DNA of 41,904 nucleotides. Origin: Fonticula-like sp. SCN 57-25. Its lineage: Eukaryota. Made by a program: the position numbers and the translations under genes. The stretch covers positions 1 through 41,904 of the forward strand of contig MEDX01000026.1 in the NCBI GenBank assembly GCA_001724245.1. Reading direction: 5' to 3'. Position 1 is the first letter of the stretch. The number at the start of each line of letters is the position of its first letter. Positions 27,427 through 37,762 of this stretch are shown piece after piece. Below the pieces are notes generated by a model, which did no database searches, was not told the origin of the DNA, and was given only the letters and a program-made list of their open reading frames with translations.

Positions 27427-29630
27427 ATGAGCGACGGCAGCGACGGCGACAGCAATGCGGGGATCCCGTCCATCCGGCGGCTCGACGAGACCGTCGTTAA
27501 CAGGATTGCGGCAGGAGAAGTGCTGCACAGGCCTGCGAATGCCATCAAGGAGATGATTGAAAACAGCGTCGATGCGGGTGCGACCATGATTCAGGTGATG
27601 GCCAAGGACGGCGGGCTCAAGCTGCTCCAAATCGTCGACAATGGCCACGGCATTAAGGTATGAACGCAGTTTTTCTTGGTTGCGCTGAACATATGGCTAT
27701 GCAGAAAAGCGATCTTGCGATTGTGTGCGAGCGGTTCACGACGAGCAAGCTTGATCGCTATGAGGATCTGTCGAGCATCACGACGTTTGGCTTCCGCGGC
27801 GAGGCGCTCGCGAGCATCAGCCACGTCGCACACGTGAGCATCATTACGCGCACGTCGTCAGAGCCGTGCGCGTATCGCGCCATGTACAAGGACGGCAAGC
27901 TGGTCGCCCCGCGCCCCGGCGAGTCGGTCGATCCGCGGCCGTGCGCAGGCAATGTCGGGACGCAGATCACTGTCGAGGATCTTTTCTACAATGTAGCAAC
28001 GCGGCGAAAGGCGCTGAAGAGCTTTTCGGACGAGTACTCGCGCATCCTTGACGTTGTCAGTCGCTACGCCGTGCACTATCCCAACATTTCCTTCTCGTGC
28101 AAGAAGCACGGCAGCAACACGGCGGACCTGTCGACGACGGCGGGCAGCACGTGTCTCGACGCCATCCGCGTCATCCACGGCGCCAGCGTTGCGCGCGAGC
28201 TGCTGGACGTCTCCCATTCGAACGACGCTCTTGAAATGTCAATGCACGCGCTCGTCTCCAACGCCAACTACTCGCCCAAAAAAGGCGCCTTTCTATTGTT
28301 CATCAACCGTGCGCGCGCACGTTCAACCCCACTTTTATTCTAACTTTTTTCAGACCGCGCCGTCGAGTCTGCCAACCTCAAGCGCGCGCTCGAGGTGATG
28401 TACACGACGTTCCTTCCCAAGGGCACGCACCCCTTTCTGTACATCTCGCTCCAGCTTGCGCCCGCGAGCGTCGACGTAAACGTCCACCCGACCAAGCGCG
28501 AAGTTCACTTTCTGCACGAGGACGAGATTATCGACGCTGTTGTGCAGGCTGTTCACGAGCGCCTCCTCGCCGCCAACACGTCGCGCACTTTTCTCACGCA
28601 AACGCTGCTCCCTGGCGCGTCGGCCGCCGCTGCCGCCGCCGCTGCCGCCACCATCGCGCCGCCCCCCACCGAGCAGCGCGACAGGCCGCAGCAGATGATT
28701 CGCACAGACAGCCGCGCGCGCACGCTCGACTCGTTTGTCGTCCCGACCGCGTCGTCGTCCAAGCGGAGCTCGTCCGACAACAGCCGTGTGGATACCGACA
28801 ATGACGCTGACGTCGGCGGTCGGTCGTCGCCGCCGCCGTCGCAGCCCAAGCGGGCGCGCCACGAGGTGCGCTTGAGCAGCGTGCTTGAGCTGCGCGAGGC
28901 CGTTTCCGCGGACGCGCACTCGGGCCTGTCCGACATTTTTCGCGAGCACGCCTTTGTCGGCTGCATTGACGCGCGGCTTGCGCTCGTGCAGCACCACACG
29001 CGACTGCTCGTCGTCAATTACCACGAGCTGAGCCGCCACTTTTTCTACCAGCGCGCGCTGAGCGAGTTTAGCAATTTCGGCCGCATTTCGCTGTCGCACC
29101 CGCCGACGCTCGCCGAGCTGCTGCGCGCGGCGGTCGACTCGCCCGAGGCCGCGTGGTCAGAGGCCGATGGGCCAAAGGAGGAGATCGTCAGCGCGGTCGT
29201 GCGGTTACTGGTGGCGCGGCGCGACATGCTCCTCGAGTACTTTGCGCTCGACATTGTTGTGCCGCAGGAGGCGGGCGAGGACGACTACGAGGAGGCTAGG
29301 CTGAGGGCGCTGCCGCTCATGCTGCCGGGATACCTGCCAAACCTCGAGCGACTGCCAATGCTGCTGCTGCGGCTCGGTGCGGAGGTAAAATGGGACGAGG
29401 AAAAGGAGTGCCTCGACGGCATCGCGCGCGAGCTGGGGCTTGCTTATGCAGCGTGGCCGGCGTCCGAGGCGGCGCCCGACGAGGACGCGCACTACAAGTG
29501 GATTGTCGAGCATGTGCTGTTCCCGGGGATGAGAAAGGCGTTTCAGCCGCCGAGGAGCGCAGCGGCCAGTGGGGACGTGCTGCAGATCGCGTCGCTGCCG
29601 GACCTGTACAAGATCTTTGAGCGGTGCTGA
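27427..29630 (+). CDS. MLH1: DNA mismatch repair protein MLH1
   Basis: [50 protein letters not shown] and the C-terminal LYKIFERC. Introns 27658-27704 and 28309-28353. Confidence 0.98.
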
Positions 29631-29799
29631 GGCGAGTGGCAAGTTGTATTGATAGTTAATGTACAATATATGACGCAGTTAAATGGGACGGAAAGAGTCG
29701 CTGTGTGCCTTGAAGTGCCATGTTTAGAATACAAAAGTTTTATTGTACACGCGTGAATGCTTCGTTATGATACATACAATACATGAAAAAGGTGCATTT

Positions 29800-30465
29800 T
29801 TATATGAGAAAGCCGCGGTAGGTGGCGAGCGGGTAGCGGGCGTAAAGTTGCTGCCACTGGACGTGGAAGGTGTCTGCTACGCGGTACAGCAGTCGCCCAG
29901 TCAGCGAGAGCGACTCGACGCGCGCAAAGCTCTCCACAAAGACGATCGTCGTGTCGTGCACGCCGACAAAGCGCAGCAGCCACGCGCACATGCAGAGCGG
30001 TATGCACGTACCCGGCCCGTTGCAGATGAGCACGTCGGGCATCACGCGCGCAAACAGACGCGCGGCCGACAGAGTAGCGATCCCGGTCGTCCACAGCGAC
30101 GAAACATAGCTCTGCCCGACCTCGCGGCTGCGCGGTATAACATGCACAGTGTAGCTCGACGGCGCGGTACGCGACGCCTCGTGCGCGTGCGCCTTGTCGC
30201 TCGAGATCCTGTCCGTGTCCGCCACCACGTAATGCCGCGGCGAGAAGCGGTCGCCATCGAGCCCCTCGAGCATGCGCAGCATCTCGGTTGTGTGTCCGCC
30301 GGATCCAAGCACGACCATCACCGTAGACACGCGCTTCTGCCTGCGCGGCGCGCCTCGTCCAAAGCGAAAAACGCGCTTTGGCAGGCACATCGCCGCGCGA
30401 AGGATCGCCAGCAGGCCCACCACCGCCACCGCCGCCAGGATCATCATCATGATGCAAACTGCCAT
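29800..30465 (-). CDS. ALG14: UDP-GlcNAc transferase subunit ALG14
   Basis: N-terminal TM segment, VVLGSGGHTTEM, IPRSREVGQS, NGPGTC, VFVESFARV, LSLTGRLL, VQW. Start could be 30465 or 30450. Confidence 0.95.
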   Translation of the reverse strand: MAVCIMMMILAAVAVVGLLAILRAAMCLPKRVFRFGRGAPRRQKRVSTVMVVLGSGGHTTEMLRMLEGLDGDRFSPRHYVVADTDRISSDKAHAHEASRTAPSSYTVHVIPRSREVGQSYVSSLWTTGIATLSAARLFARVMPDVLICNGPGTCIPLCMCAWLLRFVGVHDTTIVFVESFARVESLSLTGRLLYRVADTFHVQWQQLYARYPLATYRGFLI

Positions 30466-30648
30466 GCAAACTGCCCTCAAACCAAGCAATGCAATGAATG
30501 CCAGATGTTGCAGTATTCAACTACTGCTTAAAATACTCTCAGCGTGCAAAAATAATGACAGTTCTCACGATGTCTACACTGTATTATGACTGATAGATAA
30601 CGTATGCTACGTACAAGAGTGAATTCAAATATACACAATGCTAATCTG

Positions 30649-32568
30649 CTATGCCTGCGCCGACCCCACGGCCGACTCTGTCTCCTCGTCCTCCCTCCCC
30701 CTCGCTCTCCTGACGCCCGGCCCACCCGCCGACCCGCCCGACGTGGTCGCCGCCGCCTGCTTCTGCCGCCTCGCCCTCGTTGCCGGCGCACCAGCAAACT
30801 GCTCCTTCCCCCTGAGGTAGATCGGCGGCTTGACCTCGTTGACGACGTCGGCCGTGATGAGGACGGTGTGGACGTCGGACCCCGGCGTCTCGTACATTGG
30901 GTCAAGCAGGATCCGCTCGACGATGGCGCGGAGCCCGCGCGCGCCGGTCCCCTTTTGGATGGCGAGCCTGGCGATGGCGACGTACGCGTCCTCGGTGAAC
31001 TGGAGGCGCACCTTGGAAAGGTCAAAGAGCGCCTCGTACTGCCGGCAGAGCGCGTTCTTTGGCTCGGTCAGAATGCGAACAAGCGCCGCCTCGTCAAGCG
31101 TCTGCGTCGCGACAATGACGGGCACGCGGCCGACAAACTCGGGGATGAGGCCAAACTTGACGAGGTCGTGCGTCTCGACGCGCTCGAGCGCCCAGTCAAT
31201 GTCGGCGTCGCGCGACGAGCCGGTGCGAGTGGCGCTCCCGCCGACCTGCGCGCCAAAGCCAATACTCGTCTGAGCGAGGCGCTCCTGAACGATGCGCTCG
31301 AGGCCGACAAAGGCGCCGCTCATGATGAACAAAATGTTGGACGTGTCCACTTCGATAAACTCGCCGCGCGGTGTCTTGCGCCCGCCGCGCTCAGGGACGT
31401 GCACCACGGTGCCCTCGAGCATCTTTAAAAGGCTCTGCTGTACGCCCTCGCCGTTAATGTCCTTGGCGCGCGAGCTGCTCAGCGTGCGGCGCGCCGCCTT
31501 GTCAATCTCGTCGATGAATACAATGCCCTGCTCGGCGCGCGAGACATCAAAGTCGCAGTTTTGCAAAAGGCGAAAAATGACAGACTCGGGGTCTTCGCCG
31601 ACATATCCGGCCTGCGTGATTGTCGTCGCGTCGCACATTGAAAAGGGGACGTTTAGGACGCGCGCGATTGTGCGCGCAAGTAGGGTCTTGCCCGACCCTG
31701 TCGGGCCCATAAGAAGAATGTTGCTCTTTTCAAACGACACCACTGCGTCATCCGCCGCCGACGCACTGGAAGAGGCGGCTGTGGCGGTGAATGAAGGTGG
31801 GGGCGCGGCGGTGGGTGGCGACGCCGACGCCGACGGCGGCGCAAGCGAATTAAGCGTGGCGCCCGCGGCGGACGAAGTGTCGCGGCGGCTGGGCGAGCCG
31901 GCCCACGCGGCCGACGACGGAGGAGCGGCGCGCGAGCGCGACATGTTGGAGCGCACGCGGTTGTAGTGGTTGTAGACGGCGACGGCGAGCGTCCGCTTGG
32001 CGCGATCCTGCCCGACGGCGTGGTCGTCCATGATGCCGCGAATCTGCAAGAGGATGTGAGCAAAGGGAAAGCAGTGAAATACGGGCCGTACAAAGCGCGG
32101 AGTTAACGACGCGGAAATGTCACCCGAGGCGGCCGTGCCGGCGCCCGAAAGCGATCCTGGCGCGCCGTTCGAAAAGGGATCGTCATCGCCAAAGGGGGCG
32201 GCGAGCACGGACGGCGATGACGAAGGGAGCGCGCGGGCGGGCGCGGCAGCAGTAGGGCTGGTCGAGTGAACTGCGTTGCTGCTGTCGCCGCCAGCCTTGA
32301 AGATGAGAGAGCAGTTGGTGCACGCAAAGAGTTGCTGCTTGGGCGACAATGCCGTGACGGTGCCCATGCAGATGGGGCACTGAGATGTTGATGACAATGA
32401 TGACGTCGAGGACGCGCCAGAGTCGGGGCGAACGGACCGCCCGCCGCCCCCGGCGCTTCCTGGCGCATTAGAAATATTCCTGACAGGCGTGCAGCAGCAG
32501 CGCGGCGCAAGGCGCAAGGCTACAGCGCCAAGCTGGCGGGCGCCCACCGTCGCTGCCCGCGCAAGCAT
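30649..32568 (-). CDS. CLPX: Mitochondrial ClpX ATPase
   Basis: Arg-rich transit-like N-terminus, CPIC..CTNC zinc finger, [51 protein letters not shown]. In-frame 48-nt intron at 32091-32044. Confidence 0.95.
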   Translation of the reverse strand: MLARAATVGARQLGAVALRLAPRCCCTPVRNISNAPGSAGGGGRSVRPDSGASSTSSLSSTSQCPICMGTVTALSPKQQLFACTNCSLIFKAGGDSSNAVHSTSPTAAAPARALPSSSPSVLAAPFGDDDPFSNGAPGSLSGAGTAASGDISASLTPRFVRPVFHCFPFAHILLQIRGIMDDHAVGQDRAKRTLAVAVYNHYNRVRSNMSRSRAAPPSSAAWAGSPSRRDTSSAAGATLNSLAPPSASASPPTAAPPPSFTATAASSSASAADDAVVSFEKSNILLMGPTGSGKTLLARTIARVLNVPFSMCDATTITQAGYVGEDPESVIFRLLQNCDFDVSRAEQGIVFIDEIDKAARRTLSSSRAKDINGEGVQQSLLKMLEGTVVHVPERGGRKTPRGEFIEVDTSNILFIMSGAFVGLERIVQERLAQTSIGFGAQVGGSATRTGSSRDADIDWALERVETHDLVKFGLIPEFVGRVPVIVATQTLDEAALVRILTEPKNALCRQYEALFDLSKVRLQFTEDAYVAIARLAIQKGTGARGLRAIVERILLDPMYETPGSDVHTVLITADVVNEVKPPIYLRGKEQFAGAPATRARRQKQAAATTSGGSAGGPGVRRARGREDEETESAVGSAQA

Positions 32569-33331
32569 TTCGAGCAAACACAAACAAATCAGGTGGATGC
32601 AAAGTGAATCGAAATATTCATGTCACTTGTCAAGCTGACGTCAGTCATCGATGAGGACTTTTTGCGCTTTTTTCGTCCCGCGCCACAGGGCGACTATTCG
32701 AGCAGTCCTAAAAAGCTCTGCTTGCGTGACATTCTTGCATGAAATAGTATCTTTTATGTGGTACCATTTTGTGAGTGTGTGTGCCCCGCCCCGTCAAAGG
32801 TTTTGGAATACTTCATTTAAACTGACATATAAACGCCTTTTCAATTAGAAAGCTCCAGTATTTCACGTCAAATGATGTTTTATTTTTGCACAAAAACTTT
32901 GTTTCGCATGCTGCGCGCAAAATATTCGTCAAATATGTTGTAGCATGATGTACAACACTTGTATCACTGCGCGCTCGATAAAATTTCCATAGAGGGCATC
33001 ACAGATATTACTTTTTTGATACTTCGTTCGATACAGCAAGCCAGTGGAACGTTGCAGCCTTGCAGCCTTACTATGTCACGCTTTCCTAATTGCCCATATA
33101 TCGTGTACTGTCTTTTATGCTGTAATTTTTGCGCGTTCTTCCATACTATAGGACTAGTGCCGCCTTTGTGCGGTCTGGTGCGGCATCGTCAACATTGGCA
33201 TTCTATCCAGTTTTATATTGGTGTGCTATTGCACAATAAGGATACACCGACAGCGCGCACGAGAAAACTTTTGCACAAACGACAAAAAAACACAGGAAAC
33301 GAAAAGCGAAAAGTTGCGAGACCATGCCGGC

Positions 33332-33616
33332 CTAAACCATGTCGATGCGATCCTTCTTGTGCTGGAGCACGACGATGAGGTCGCCGAGGCTCTTGGAGGT
33401 GACATTCGAGCACACGCTGCGGTACCACTCCTCAAACTGGAGGGGGCCGCGCTCCGTGTACTCGGCGAGGAGGCGGTAGACGCTCTTGATGCCGGCGGCA
33501 TCGAGATCCTTGATGGTGGCGGGGCCGATGCCGGGGAGGCTGTCGAGCTTGAGATCGGAGAAGCGCGTGTTGAGCGCAACGTTCGCGACCTTGGTAGCGG
33601 TGACGGGGACAGACAT
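33332..33616 (-). CDS. BANF1: Barrier-to-autointegration factor (BAF)-like small DNA-binding protein, 94 aa
   Basis: LDSLPGIGPATIKDLDAAGIKSVYRLLAEY..QFEEWYRSVC aligns by eye to BAF ([40 protein letters not shown]). Same size, HhH motif, no intron. Confidence 0.72.
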   Translation of the reverse strand: MSVPVTATKVANVALNTRFSDLKLDSLPGIGPATIKDLDAAGIKSVYRLLAEYTERGPLQFEEWYRSVCSNVTSKSLGDLIVVLQHKKDRIDMV

Positions 33617-33836
33617 TGTCGCGCGGGGTGAGGTGGAGAGCAAAGTTTGCACGAAAACGACGCGGCACGAGCTGAAAGCACACGGCAAGGCAGACAAACA
33701 AAACGGTCTGCCAACACTTGGGTTTGGCGTCTTCTGATTGGTCAATCGGTGGGATTCGCCCAATCACAGGCGGGAACCGTTGCGAATTCAAAAAAGTTTG
33801 CAACGGGAATTTTATGTTTGTGCTGCGACGTACGTC
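33617..33836. promoter_or_regulatory. 220-bp bidirectional promoter with CCAAT, E2F, Myb and CHR-like motifs
   Basis: ATTGG 33737-33741, CCAAT 33760-33764, GGCGGGAA 33769-33776. Inverted CCGTTG (33777-33782) and CAACGG (33801-33806) flank TTCAAA (33787-33792). Confidence 0.6.
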
Positions 33837-35298
33837 ATGCCGCCTCGGAAGAAGGATCCCAAGTTGGTGGTGCGCAGTGTGCTGAAGGATGGCGCAAAGA
33901 TGGGCGCGTGGACGGTTGTCGGCGAGCCGTTCGCCGAGGGCGCGTTTGGCGTGGTGGTGAAGGGCAAGCATCCCGTGCATGGGATTGCGGCCCTCAAGGT
34001 TGAGCTCGACCATGCGCTCTGCCGCATGGGCAGCGAGGCGATCCTGCTCGAGGAGCTCAATAGGAACAAAGCCCGTGCGTTTACGCATGCATAATTTTGT
34101 TGTTGACTGACGCGTGATGCAGCCGGCGTGCCTCGCATTCTTGACTGGAAGCGCACTCAGGTCGGCGATGTGACGGTGATGTTTCACGCGACGCCTCTGC
34201 TGAACGAGTCGCTGAGCGACATGGGCCCCAAGATGAGCGAGTCTGATATTTACACCTGCGGCAATCAGCTTGTGCGCATGGCCATTGTCTTGCTACCGCC
34301 CCGCTAACACCCTTACTCAGCTCGAGACGCTCGAGGCGCTGCACAAGAGCAGGATCTGCTACTGCGACCTGAAGCCGTGGAATGTTTTGTGGAGCCGCGA
34401 AGAGAAGCGCTGGTTCATCATTGACTATGGATCTGCTTCACCGCCCGCGCAGATGAACAAGTACTCTTTCAACGGCACGCTCATGTTTGCGAGCGAGCGC
34501 GCTATCGAGGCTGGCGGGAACCGCTACGACGACGACATTGAGGCGCTCGCGCTGACGCTGAGCTGGTGCCACCTCAAGGGCACGCTGCCGTGGGCGGACG
34601 TCCCGGACAACAATAACAACGTTGAATACCTCAAGAAGCGCAGGGCGCAGCCGCTCGCCGGCCGCATCCCCAAGCCGCTTGAGGACTTTTACACGGCCAC
34701 TATGCAGCGCATCGCTCAGCCGCAGGGCGAGCCCAGCGGCGCAATTTACTCCTTCTTTAAAAACGTCAAGGCCGGTAAGCAGACGCCATCAAAGTTGTCG
34801 CTTGCGCCCGCATCGCCGGCAAAGTTTGCGCCGTCGCCCGCCACGCCGCGGTCTGCTCGCCTAGCAGCGTTGGCAGCGTCGTCGCCCGCGAGCCGCCGCG
34901 AACCTGCCACTCCCACGCCCGTCAAGCGCGCGCCGCGTTCGCCAATCAAGTCTATTGAAAAGCCGGTGCTGACGATGCTTGCCTCGCCCAAAAAGGCCCT
35001 CAAGCGCCTGTCGTCGTCGCCCAGGTCGCCAAAGGTCGCGTCGCCCGCGAGCCGCCGCGGACCTGCTTCGCCGACGCCCGTCAAGCGCGCGTCGCGGTCG
35101 CCAAGCAAGTCCATTGAAAAGCCGATGCACGACCGCGTGAGGATGCTCGCCACGCCCAAGAAGGCCCCGAAGCGCCTGTCGGCGTCGCCCAGGTCGCCGA
35201 GGGTCGCGTCTCCGTCTGTGACCCCGTCGCCCGCCAAGGAGCCTTACACGACGCGCTACGGGCGCAGGGTCACCGTTACATCAAGGCTCAATCTGTGA
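33837..35298 (+). CDS. CK1-group Ser/Thr kinase, VRK/NHK-1-like, with basic SP/TP-rich tail
   Basis: Introns 34075-34122 and 34272-34320. W.V.GEPFAEGAFG, ALKVE, GVPRI, YCDLKPWNV, IIDYG (VRK-type DYG), NGTLMFAS with no APE, DIEAL..GTLPW. Confidence 0.78.
34882..35208 (+). repeat. ~159-bp (53-aa) internal tandem duplication in the kinase tail
   Basis: SPASRR.PA.PTPVKRA.RSP.KSIEKP..MLA.PKKA.KRLS.SPRSP.VA occurs twice. Confidence 0.9.
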
Positions 35299-35485
35299 TT
35301 TGTATGGGGCTAGGCAGTGCAGTGCACATTGATGTTTAATATCACTATGGCATGTTTTGTATTGAGAAGGCACAGAAAGAAACATATTATCCATTATTTT
35401 ATTACTTATAATTACTATGCTTTACTCATTTGATGCGCGGGCATCCTGAGCTGTGCGGCACAACTTGCTACAGGCGTGCGGCAGA

Positions 35486-36095
35486 CTAAAAGAAGGCGTA
35501 AAAGGACGCGGCGGCGCCGGCGATCGCGGTGGCGGCGAGCGACGCAACCAACTTTGCAGCGGCGCTGGTGCACGAGTACTTTGACGACATGCCGCCCTCG
35601 TTGGTGCACACGCCGAGGGGAACAACGATCTCGGTGCAGCCCTCCTGGCACTGGTTGTCGGTGCACGTGAACTCCTTGGACACGTCGCCTTCACAGGTCA
35701 CCTTGACATAGCTGCCGGACTCTTCGATGCATCGTCCGAGTGCGCTGCCATCCAGTCGCGTCACCTCGCCGTCCACGCAGTCCGCACCGGAATACACAGA
35801 GGTGTAAAAGTAAGAGCCGGTCGGAATGTTGGCATCGATGCACATGGTTCTCGTGCGCGCAGCAGCATCGCCGGTGCAGTCGGGCACGATATCGTTGCAC
35901 ACATTGACGTCAGTGACAAAGAGATCTGGCGCACCCGAGCAATCGCCTGCATTGTACCCTGCGCGAGGTGTTAGTGGGGCCGACTGAGAATGTCAAATGG
36001 AGCTGCGCACAGTAGCCAGTGATGGTGTTTTCAGCGGCTACCAGGGCAAGGAGGCAAGTGGCTGCGAAAAGGAGGAAATAGCGGCGAGCCGTCAT
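35486..36095 (-). CDS. Small Cys-rich secreted, probably GPI-anchored surface protein
   Basis: Signal peptide MTARRYFLLFAATCLLALVAA. One GTGCGC..CAG intron joins GY|WYNAGDCSG. Many Cys, and a hydrophobic C-terminus SAAAKLVASLAATAIAGAAASFYAFF. Confidence 0.8.
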
Positions 36096-36551
36096 CGTAT
36101 CGAAGTGCGCGCGAGGGGCAAAGGGGGAGAAGAGCAATAATGCGACTGAGTGGTCCGCGTGGCAACCCTTATAAGCCAAGTGGGCGTAACGAGTGGGTCA
36201 TGTTGACCTCATTTCCGCCGCGCCTTGTTTCGATGTCACGCTGACGTAATCAAGCAATGTTTTACATGATCTTGGGATCCATGATCGGCATGAGTGAATG
36301 AATGCCATCTGGGCGTCACATTCTGACCAGCACTTTGTGTTGTGAGTTTTCTATTTGCTATTTTGTCGCTCAGTCTCAATCGACAATGTACGATGCAATG
36401 CTGGTCGAATCGATCCCGCGCGATGACATGTTCGCCATCACGGCGTTCGTCGCTGTTACCGCCACTTGTCACACTCGAACAGCAGCAGCATGGCTTTACA
36501 TTAGATTGCTTACAAAACATATCCATATATGGGCTAAATTGCCTGTACAAG

Positions 36552-37520
36552 CTAGGCAGAGTCGACCTCTTGCAGCGCGACGTTATCATCCTGGCCTCCG
36601 GCGGCGGCCGTCTTGCTCTCGCCGAACCACGGGATGTGCGGCGTTTTTCTTTTCTGCACGATAACATACGCCACAAAGGCAATCGCAGTCACACCAAAGA
36701 GCAGACCAAAGGTGACAGCAGCGGCGAAGGAGGCGCTACGGGCTGCCTCGACCTCCATGATCTCGTCTTCTGATACAGTCCTCATTTCCTCTGTCGCCAC
36801 ATGTTTTTAGCTCAAAAACGCACACACAAAAAAGGCGCCACGCACCTTCGCAATAGTCCCCGATAAATCCCGCCAAGCAAGAGCACTCTGCTTCGTCGTC
36901 GCCGTCGTCGCTGACACCCTCAAATAGCTCACATGTGCCGCCGTTGTGGCAGTCAACGTCCTGGCACGGGTTGTCATCCATGCAGCGGGGTCCGGTATAG
37001 AGGTGGGGGCACTCGCACGTAAACGGCACAAACTCCTGCTCAATACATATGAGCAAGGTCATGGGAACAGCAAGGAAAAAGGGGATCGTACGTTGTCAAA
37101 CACGACTGTGCAGATGCCGCCGTTGCGACACGGGTTGTCGATGCATCCTTCAATCACTTAAAAATCAACCGTAAGAACTCTAATACATTTTTAAGCAAAA
37201 AACCATGTACCTGTCTCGCAGTTCTTGCCATCGGTGTAGTAGGGGCAGCGGCAGTAGGCGTCGTTTGGTGTTTCCTGACAGACGCCGCCGTTTTGGCAAT
37301 CGACTGCAGTGCAGTTGAGCTTGGGGCGCTCGCAGGTGGCCCCTCCGTAGCCCGCGGGGCAGATGCACATAAACGGCGGAGACGAGTGCCAGTTTTCAAC
37401 GCACTGCCCTTGGTTGAGGCAGGGGAAGGACGCACAATACTCTTCGTCCCCAGCGACTACCAGAGTGGCAAGCGCCACCAGCGCCAAAACCCGACCGACA
37501 GTCATCGCGAGATTCGCCAT
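36552..37520 (-). CDS. Type I membrane protein with four EGF-like repeats
   Basis: Signal peptide, four C..PC.NGG.C...C.C..G(Y/F).G..C repeats over four exons, a TM helix (FAAAVTFGLLFGVTAIAFVAYVIV), stop-transfer QKRK and a short cytoplasmic tail. Confidence 0.88.
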
Positions 37521-37762
37521 GCCAGCACTAAGCAGACTATGCACACAATGCGGCTCTCACAAGCCCGCTCGTGGAGAAAGCTCTGTCGCCATCTGTCGTC
37601 AGCCGACCTGTCGTCATTTTGGATGGCGACAGCCGACAGTCGCAATCTTGCAGTGCTCTGATTGGTCAATTGGCCCGACTATGGCGACAGCGGCGAGCAG
37701 CCCGCCACCTACATAAGAGGCCATGGCGATGGGGACTCGGCATCCGCATTGTTTCCAGCACA

